DNA of 64,000 nucleotides from Octopus sinensis (taxonomy: Eukaryota), in assembly GCF_006345805.1 (NCBI RefSeq), contig NC_043001.1:111972001-112036000 (forward strand). Reading direction: 5' to 3'. Below are positions 55,124 to 64,000 of this stretch, in pieces. The translations under genes and the position numbers were made by a program. Within the stretch, counting starts at the first letter, position 1. Every line of letters begins with the position of its first letter. A model generated the notes under the pieces. That model did no database searches and was not told the DNA's origin. It saw only the letters and a list, made by a program, of their open reading frames with translations.

Positions 55124-55883
55124 AATGTATATATGTATATGAGTATAGATATATACTTATATATAAAATATATATATGGATATATATATTTATACATACA
55201 TACATACACACACACATATGTAAATATATAAATATGCTTGAATGTTCGTGATTGTACGTGTGTCTATTCAACTATATCGCCTGTGAGATACATACATAAA
55301 GAATGGGAGAATGATGTATATACAGAGAGAAAGAGAGAGAGACAGATAGACAGAGAGACAGATAAAGAGAGATATACAGAGAGAGAGAGAGAGAGTGAGA
55401 GAGGGGGAGATAGACGGCGATACACAGAGAGAGTGCATATGTTTGTTAGTTCGATATTAATATAGGAAATATAAGTTTCCTTTCAGCGTATTAGTTTCGA
55501 AGTCTATTTTTCAGCTCGTATTAATCACGACAGCTATTTGGAAAAGAAGCTCCGCTGATTATTGTATATGGACCTGATCTTCAGCACAAGCTACTTCAGT
55601 TTGCTATATTGTATCAATCTCAATGAATTGTTGTGAGATATTAGAAGAAGATAGATATACGCAGCAACATATATCTATATTAATCTGTTTCAATTACGCG
55701 CCTAGATTCTAGAAAAGAAATATAAAACGCATAACTAGGAGTATACGATATCAAAGAAATCAAATGGATGAGGTGATCGTCTGTTGAAGTGTTAAATATA
55801 AAAAGTATTTCGTGATGGCTCTATATAAATGTGTATATGTGTGTATATATACATATATATGTCTGTATATATATATATATATG

Positions 55884-55929
<46 letters not shown>

Positions 55930-55953
55930 CATATATGAATATTCTACGTATAC

Positions 55954-55984
<31 letters not shown>

Positions 55985-56233
55985 AATGTATATATGTATA
56001 TGAGTATAGATATATACTTATATATAAATATATATATGGATATATATATTTATACATACATACATACACACACACATATGTAAATATATAAATATGCTTG
56101 AATGTTCGTGATTGTACGTGTGTCTATTCAACTATATCGCCTGTGAGATACATACATAAAGAATGGGAGAATGATGTATATACAGAGAGAAAGAGAGAGA
56201 GACAGATAGACAGAGAGACAGATAAAGAGAGAT

Positions 56234-56276
<43 letters not shown>

Positions 56277-56763
56277 GAGAGGGGGAGATAGACGGCGATA
56301 CACAGAGAGAGTGCATATGTTTGTTAGTTCGATATTAATATAGGAAATATAAGTTTCCTTTCAGCGTATTAGTTTCGAAGTCTATTTTTCAGCTCGTATT
56401 AATCACGACAGCTATTTGGAAAAGAAGCTCCGCTGATTATTGTATATGGACCTGATCTTCAGCACAAGCTACTTCAGTTTGCTATATTGTATCAATCTCA
56501 ATGAATTGTTGTGAGATATTAGAAGAAGATAGATATACGCAGCAACATATATCTATATTAATCTGTTTCAATTACGCGCCTAGATTCTAGAAAAGAAATA
56601 TAAAACGCATAACTAGGAGTATACGATATCAAAGAAATCAAATGGATGAGGTGATCGTCTGTTGAAGTGTTAAATATAAAAAGTATTTCGTGATGGCTCT
56701 ATATAAATGTGTATATGTGTGTATATATACATATATATGTCTGTATATATATATATATGTATG

Positions 56764-56816
<53 letters not shown>

Positions 56817-56847
56817 AATATATAGATACGTATATATATACCTATAT

Positions 56848-56880
<33 letters not shown>
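55061..56880. repeat. tandem duplication with an 860-878 bp period, unique parts identical
   Basis: aatgttcgtg at 55241 and 56101; aaaagtattt at 55801 and 56679. The period change is explained by (GA)n length. Confidence 0.95.
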
Positions 56881-56881
<1 letters not shown>

Positions 56882-56967
56882 CGCACATAATTACGTATGT
56901 ACGTTTTTCTGTGTGCGTATATGAATTTATCTTACCTGCCTATGCATAAATGTGTGTGTGTGTCTGT

Positions 56968-57009
<42 letters not shown>

Positions 57010-57711
57010 GCACATAAGTATGTATGTATGTATGTTTGTCTCTGTGTGTGTTTGTGAGTGTATATGAATTTATCTTACCTGCCTATGCATATATGTGTGC
57101 GTGTGAATCTGCATAAATATATGCACACACATACAAATGCGCATATTATTTTTATGTAGATAAAAAACACACACGTTTCTATATCCTTGTTTCCACATAT
57201 GTATATCTATGTCGATATGAATAACTATGATATCGTATCTAGATACTTATTTGTATATCTGCATGCATAAACGTGTGAATGTATGTACGTGTATGCATAT
57301 ACGATCGTATGATTTTTACGTAAATTCGAAGAAGACGGCATACGCATAAAACGAAATTTTGGCATACCGTACACTTCAAAAACAAATGTTGTATTCTTTA
57401 TTCATTGAACAATTTAGACATTTCATTCTAAGAAATCCGGATGAAAACTTAAGCTATATTTAATCCACCGAGAAATACATTCGATTTTACGAGTCGAAGG
57501 TAAAATATAACGCTATGGAGTTATTGATACTGGGTAGTGAGTATAATGAGCAGAATCACAAGACATGACACAAAATTAACATAATGTAAACACGTGACAC
57601 ATTTGTTGTCATCAACAATGGAATATAAACAACAGTGGAAGTGTTACAATTGTATGTATGTATGTATATAGGTACAAGTATGTGTACGTATAAGTATATA
57701 AGTATTTATAT

Positions 57712-58445
57712 ACTAGCTGACGTACACGGTAATCCCCGGGAAAGCGGGGCTTATCCCTTGGTTCCGTTCTCCAATAACAACGATATGAAGTATGTAGTCC
57801 TTAAAATGGTTTTTGTGCATTTACAGTGAATACTGAACTGTATTACACAGGATCTTGTTTTTAGGAACTCCCAAAAAGATATGAATACTCAAATTATGAT
57901 GTCAGTTATGTAATAACATGAAAGTAGTTACCCCATTGTAAGAATTCGAATAAAGTAGCCCCGAAAAGGGCTTTAATGCGCTCCAATAGTATATAGAACA
58001 TAGGAGACAATACTAATAAGGTATGTATACTAAACCCGTGAAGCATGTTACGTAATAACAGGCTAATCAGATATGAGATAATAATTCAAAGAAAATAACT
58101 CTGAAAAAGGCTTTTGTGTGTTCCCAGACAATATTACCCTCAGGGGTGCTAGTGTTGGTATATTCGTGAATAAGCCACTAACCGAAATAAGTGGATGTAT
58201 TCTTTTAGAAAATACTAATTATTTTTAAGGGTTTTACTGGATAAAGTGCAAAAATAGATCTAACAGTTCAAATACTAAGAAATACGCATACTCAATTTCA
58301 TTTTTACCAAACAATTTAGAAAAATGAATGGATTATTTCCCTTGCTTTTTACAATAAAATATACTCACGTGTCAAGTCTCATCAAAATTGATAAAACGGT
58401 GTAGGAGGAGTTAGCTAACAACAGACAGAATTTAGAACATATGTA

Positions 58446-58450
<5 letters not shown>
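57712..58450 (+). mobile_element. probable non-autonomous Helitron-like element
   Basis: 5' tactagctgacgtacacgg...; 3' gtcaagtctcatcaaaattgataaaacggtgtaggaggagtt...acagacaga before (TA)n. This resembles Lep1/HINE-type ends from memory; no canonical 3' hairpin was verified. Confidence 0.45.
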
Positions 58451-58506
<56 letters not shown>

Positions 58507-58612
58507 AACGTATACTTTCGTAGAAATATGCACACAATTCACACATCCGCATATATATATATATATAATATATATATATATATTATATATATATATATGT
58601 GTACATACATAT

Positions 58613-58646
<34 letters not shown>

Positions 58647-59399
58647 ATATATATTATATATATATATATGTATATGTTGGTGTGTGTATGTGCATGTATA
58701 TATATTTGCATATATATAAATACAGGAGGAACAGTTAATTATGATTTTATTCAACATTCCTCAGATTTACGCACTTATTGCAGCGGCCCTTCATTTATTC
58801 TAAGCTCTATAAAAGAACTCGCTAGGTTGAGCCTCACCATATATTTTTATATCTCTTCGTAATATAATATAATCTGCTACATAGACTGCATTTTCCTTAT
58901 TACTCCTCTCTCATATTTTACCCATTTATTATCTTGATACCTGTAATAAAATTTAGCTAGTGTCTCAGAGCCACCCTCCCTCATTTCCCAAATATAAATA
59001 CAAAATTTACAGTCCATTTGAATGTCCTAATCACAAGTATCACTTCTGCGTTGGAGACACATATTGCACCTAACCAATCACTAAAACTATTGTCCGCATT
59101 TGTCTCTGACGGTTGCAGATCCTTGTACTCTCACCCTTACCCCACCTCCATGTCGCATGTAGAGACACCATAACGTTTCATTTGCTAATTTTTATGAATC
59201 TCTCAGACTCCGTACCAATAGAGCCACATTAACACTACCCACACTCATTATTCTCTAGGGTGTAGGAGTTTAACTTCCCCATTTAAAAGCACAGAGGTTT
59301 CAGACATAATATAAACAATTGTCAATGTAGTCGTTAGAATAACTTGCATATCTGGGCTGTAGATAGCCCGCCATTTGTTCTTATATATTCTGATTTCTT

Positions 59400-59975
59400 T
59401 ATTGTCTACAAGCGGCTAAACATAGGGAGGACAAACAGATTAAGTCGATTCCAACGACCCCAGTGCGTAATTGGTACTTAATTTATCGACCGCGAGCGCA
59501 TGAAAGGCAAAGTCGACTCCGGCGGAATTTGAACTCAGAACGTAGCGGCAGATGAAATACCTATTTCTTTACTACCCACAAGGGACTAAACATAGAGATG
59601 ACAAACAAGGACATACAAACGGATTAAGTCGATTACATTGACCCCAGTGCGTAAGTGGTACTTAATTTATCGACCTCGAAAGGATGAAAGGCAAGGTCGA
59701 CCTCGGAGGAATTTGAACTCAGAACGTAGCGGCAGATGAAATACCTATTTCTTTATTACCCACAAGGGACTAAACATAGAGAGGACAAACAAGGACATAC
59801 AAACGGATTAAGTCGATTAGATTAACCCCCAGTGCGTAACTGGTACTTAATTTATTGACCTCGAAAGGATGAAAGGCAAAGTCGACCTTGGCGGAATTTG
59901 AATTCAGAACGTGTCGGCAGACGGAATACTGTCAAGTATTTCGCCCGGCGTGCTAACGTTTCTGCCAGCTCGCAG
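59400..59975 (-). mobile_element. family B SINE trimer (head-to-tail units of about 180 bp)
   Basis: Three consecutive ccccagtgcgtaa.tggtacttaattta...ggaatttgaa.tcagaacgt units. Confidence 0.9.
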
Positions 59976-60589
59976 CCTTGTTCTTAAATATTCTGTATAC
60001 ATGGTATGAATATCCGCGCATATTCCTTAATCGTGAAAGAGGCTGGATTACTTTTATGAAGCAAACACCAAGCTACAAAATTGTCCGTCGAGTGACATTC
60101 CGTTTTTTTTTCTCCCGATTTATAACGATTTGCTTCCACAGATAAAGAATATTAACACAAATACACACGTATAAGCATCGGTACATGCTTAGAAATATAT
60201 ATTTTTATAAGTACATAAACACATTCTCTATTATACATACCTAAGTATAATTACATACAATAAAACATGTGCACAGAGACATGAGAGCGCACATTTAAAT
60301 ACGCTATAATATATACAAACTCATATACAAACACCCATTTTCATAGACATGTTTGTGTCTGAATAAATGTGTCAATGGTAATTTAGTTATTTTGTATTGC
60401 AGTAATCTAATATTGTACTACCATAAATTATGTTGCATTAAATGTTATTTGCGATTTGTTTATTTTCTGTTTTCGTTCTTTTTCTCTGTTGTCAATTGCC
60501 ATCATCCTCGTGGTCTTGGTAAATTGTTTAGCTCGTGTTGATTGTAGCAGATGGTTATTCCTATCTGTATTATGATGGCAACGGCATTG

Positions 60590-60828
60590 TCATTATTCCT
60601 TTCATCAGTTGACCAGGAGGTTTTGGGTTCGGCATCCGATCAGGTACGCTATTGGCCATGTAACATGTCCATGTATTCTTTCAGTTTCTGTCAGCCAAAT
60701 CCATTCACAATGCTTTCTTTGGCTGGAGGCTCTAATAAAAGACACTTGCTCAGGGTGCCATACAGTAGGACTGACCCGGGAACCTTGTGGTTGGGAAGCA
60801 AACTTCTTGCCACACATCTATGCCTGCG
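60590..60828 (-). mobile_element. SINE family A (diverged)
   Basis: tctttcagtttctgtcagccaaatccattcacaa...cacacatctatgcctgcg. Confidence 0.8.
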
Positions 60829-60864
60829 TAGAAAAGGCATCTTTCTTGATATTAATCACCAAAG

Positions 60865-61075
60865 TAGGGCAGCGAGCTGGCAAAGACGTTAGCACGAGGG
60901 GCGAAATTTTTAGCGGTATTTCGTCAGTCTTTATGTTCTGAGTTCAAATTCCGCCGAGGTCGACTTTTATCATTTCGGGATCGATAAATTAAGTACTAGT
61001 TGCGAACTGGGGTCAGTATAATAGACTGGCCCCTTCCCCCAAAATTTCGGGGTTTGTGCCTAGAGTAGAAAAGGA
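60865..61075 (+). mobile_element. SINE family B
   Basis: ggcagcgagctggcaaag...ttctgagttcaaattccgccgaggtcgac. Confidence 0.9.
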
Positions 61076-61227
61076 TATTAACTATCAACGTGACGTGTTC
61101 GTCTGTGACATTTCGGTCGTCTACTGATATATAGAAAATGGATCCTGAGATCCTTTTCTTTGTACAGATACCAGTGTACTGACCACCAGAATTGTGTTTG
61201 TATATTACATATGTATATCTGTATATA

Positions 61228-61314
<87 letters not shown>

Positions 61315-61950
61315 TACACATACATATACATGTGTGTATGCTTCAGTGAGCGTCTGTAGATTTACATATTTTTACATGAATGTATGCACACACACACACA
61401 CACACATATATATACATGCATATATATATATATATTTATATATTTGTAAAAAAAGTATACGCATATAATGCACGTACATATCGACATATGTGTGTGCGTG
61501 TGCGTGTGTATCGAGGGAGATGTATTTTCGTGTAAGGTAATAATAAATGAAACAAAACGAAAATACTGATACACAACAAACAATGGAAGCATTAAAATTC
61601 TTAGACATCTCCGTCATATTAAAGATGACTCAGACACAAGAAAACTCATATAATTTAATAAAAATTACGCGGTAGCACAGTTTGCATGTTATAAATACAT
61701 GAATATGAAAACATTATATGCCTCTGTTAAGTTTTCGTATGTACGAATCAAGAACAAAATAAACTATAATTCACTGGCTGCAAAAGAAACATAATTCTAA
61801 CTGAATAGTACCAAACGTTTATAGAATTTCTTAAGGTTAAGGATCATAAGAATTAGGTAATTTGCTTGTTGCAAGATCGATGTCTGTGTCATTCATTTTC
61901 TCTATATTGCGGACCGAAGTGAACTACTGCTATCACTAGTGGACAAGTAA

Positions 61951-61999
61951 TCACTACCGAGGATGGCCACAAAGAGGTCGAAACCAAACGGTCTGGTGG
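61951..61999 (+). ncRNA. type-I hammerhead ribozyme candidate inside the ~340-bp repeat unit (61860-62170)
   Basis: UCACUA-CCGAGGA-U-GGCC-ACAAAGA-GGUC-GAAA-CC-AAAC-GG-UC-UGGUGG. Stem I has 6 bp, stem II 4 bp and stem III 3 bp, with a GUC site. Departures from consensus are U4C and one extra U before stem II. Confidence 0.65.
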
Positions 62000-62549
62000 C
62001 CTCGAGATTGGATGGTGGTAGCGGTTCACTCCCCTGCTTGCAATATATATCTGGTGCAGGTTGCATCGAATGACTAGCTGGAGGAGGCGTCCTCCTGCGG
62101 TAAAAAAAAGCAGTAACGTCGGTTCTCATGGAACAGCCATGTTTCAGTGGCGATAAACGTGACAAACTAGTTATTTGTTTAGTTATTTCATGAAAATTAT
62201 CCAAAGAAATAGAAGTCCATGCAGCTGGAAGACTTCAGAATATATATATTATGCTACATGCATATCCATAATATTCTGTAATGTAGAAATTGCTCCCTCT
62301 AAAATATGGATGATAACATTTTAAAGAGACAACTGACGAGACGAGCTTGATTTAACCTTCGACAACCAGGTTAGAGTCACTGACGAGGATTAATCAAATA
62401 CAATGTCATCGATGATCTGGCTCTGTCTCACGTGCTCTAGGGAGATTGTCTCTCTTGTCAGCCATTAGACTTCCCGTGTACAAGAGTTGTTCTGACTCTT
62501 ATTTCTAGTAATGCTGGTGCTCACTGATGCCCTTAGTAATCTTAATGCC

Positions 62550-62585
<36 letters not shown>

Positions 62586-62619
62586 ATAGACTTTATATGT
62601 ATATGTATATATATATATA

Positions 62620-62763
62620 TACTTGTTAATAAGGGTTCAGCAAAGATTTGCTTTACCACATACCGAAGTTTAGAAATAGCAGCCCAAAAAGATTTTTTGG
62701 CTGCTATTTCTAAACTTCGGTATGCGGTAAAGCAAATCTTTGCTGAACCCTTATTAATAAGTA
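62620..62763. repeat. 144-bp near-perfect hairpin (MITE-like)
   Basis: tacttgttaataagggttcagc...gcagcccaaaaa ga ttttttggctgc...gctgaacccttattaataagta; about 3 mismatches, TA at both ends. Confidence 0.95.
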
Positions 62764-63041
62764 TTACTTAAGTTTACCGTAAAATGGTCCTTTTTTCATA
62801 CCAAATTCTACTTGGTGAAATTATTGATTACTTCTTAATTAATTAATTTTACCCTTTGTTATTATATATATATATATATATGTATAGTAGGTTTCGATGG
62901 AAAGGCAACTTTCGAGATATTGACAACCAGAAACCAGATTATTTTCCTCAGTACATTTTTCGAAAGACACAATTCATCATAAAAAAATGTATAATACACT
63001 GCCCACCACTATGCAAGACCACCACAGTCAACAGACACGGG

Positions 63042-64000
63042 ATGGCTTCCCCTAACGCCAGCACAGCCGTCACCCCAATACTTTTACTAAATATTGGGGG
63101 CCTGTTGCATCAAAATAGAAACAAAATTTCTTTCCTGAGAGATCTTACTGCATGCAATCAAGCCCTATGCATAGCACTTGTGGAAATTCACCTCAACCCT
63201 GATATAAAGGACGCAGAAGTACACATACCAAACTATGCCATACTGCGAACAGACAGAAGGGAAAGGAGCCATGGTGGAGTTGCTGTATACATCCGAGATT
63301 ACCTCACACCCCAGGTCTTGATGACATACTCAAATTCGGTATGTGACACCTTAATTGTATACATAAGACAACATAATATAGTCATATGCAATACATATTG
63401 CCCACCGGATGCCCCCAAATCACATAGGCAAGTTTGAAGATTGCCTCACAAGATTTAAAGAAATCCTCATGAATCTGGGACACCACGTGACCATATTTCT
63501 TATGGGTGATTCCAACGTCCCCAACGTCAAATGGCCCGAAGGTCACATACTCTCAGGAATGAATCATTGCAAGCAAGTACAGGTGGAGTCCCTGCTCAAC
63601 CTCACCAATGCCTTATTCATGGAGCAAGTTGTACTCAAGCCAACTAGGGCGAATAACATTCTGGATCTCTGCTTCACGAACAATATGGACATCATTCATG
63701 ATGTGAAAGTGACACCGACATCAGTTTCGGATCACAACATAATAGAGCTGTCTATGTTTGGGCCGAAAGTAACCAAAGACATACAGCCTAAAGGAAGCAC
63801 CCGAAATCTCTCCAATCTGAACTTCCACAAAGCAGATTGGAAATCGATCCAAAAAGAGATCCTCAGAGGGGACTGGCCGGAATGTCTCTCCACACCAGAC
63901 ATTGACATGAAACTAGAATGTTTCATGTCTTCTGTGCAAGCTGTATGCCAGAAACATGTCCCAGAGCACAAGGCCAAAACAAATAGGAGCAAGATTCCAA
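63042..64000 (+). mobile_element. CR1/L2-type LINE ORF2, AP-endonuclease domain, runs off the window
   Basis: LLNIGGL...IALVEIHL...RTDRRERSHGGVAVYI...TYCPP; one frameshift near 63420; then MGDSNVP, PTRANNILDLCFTN, SDHNII and NFHKADW, open to the window end. Confidence 0.92.

Noticed and set aside
56930-57085. atcttacctgcc twice, resembling the U1 snRNA 5' end
   Set aside because: No U1 body follows; it is part of a ~135-bp tandem duplication in microsatellite DNA.
59400-59975. Regular repeats suggestive of a CRISPR array
   Set aside because: Units are whole SINE segments with no unique spacers, in eukaryotic context with no cas genes.
62333-62420. Two CUGACGA motifs close together
   Set aside because: No intact GAAA with pairing stems I and II could be built.

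Overview
This is a 64-kb, AT-rich, microsatellite-dense eukaryotic window. The SINE families and repeat landscape look like an octopus/cephalopod genome (inference from recalled repeat types, not a database search). I could not confirm any host protein-coding gene; almost all ORFs in the supplied track are microsatellite translations or antisense frames of transposon relics. The window is a patchwork of: three tRNA-derived SINE groups (about 35 copies, with shuffled heads and tails); at least five Penelope-like element (PLE) fragments; CR1/L2, RTE and RNase-H-type LINE fragments; an internally deleted mariner; a full-length degenerate DD37D (maT-type) Tc1/mariner element; a pogo-like MITE; a probable non-autonomous Helitron; several long hairpins; and a near-identical tandem duplication of about 870 bp. 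The most interesting signal is a set of type-I hammerhead-ribozyme-like motifs from at least three repeat families. The best-formed one (61951-61999) sits in a ~340-bp unit that also occurs in tandem and inverted form at 2093-2710, resembling a PLE pseudo-LTR or retrozyme. The motifs share recurrent non-canonical cores (CCGANGA or CUGUNGA, with an extra nucleotide before stem II). Repeat boundaries are approximate; all alignments and translations were done by eye.
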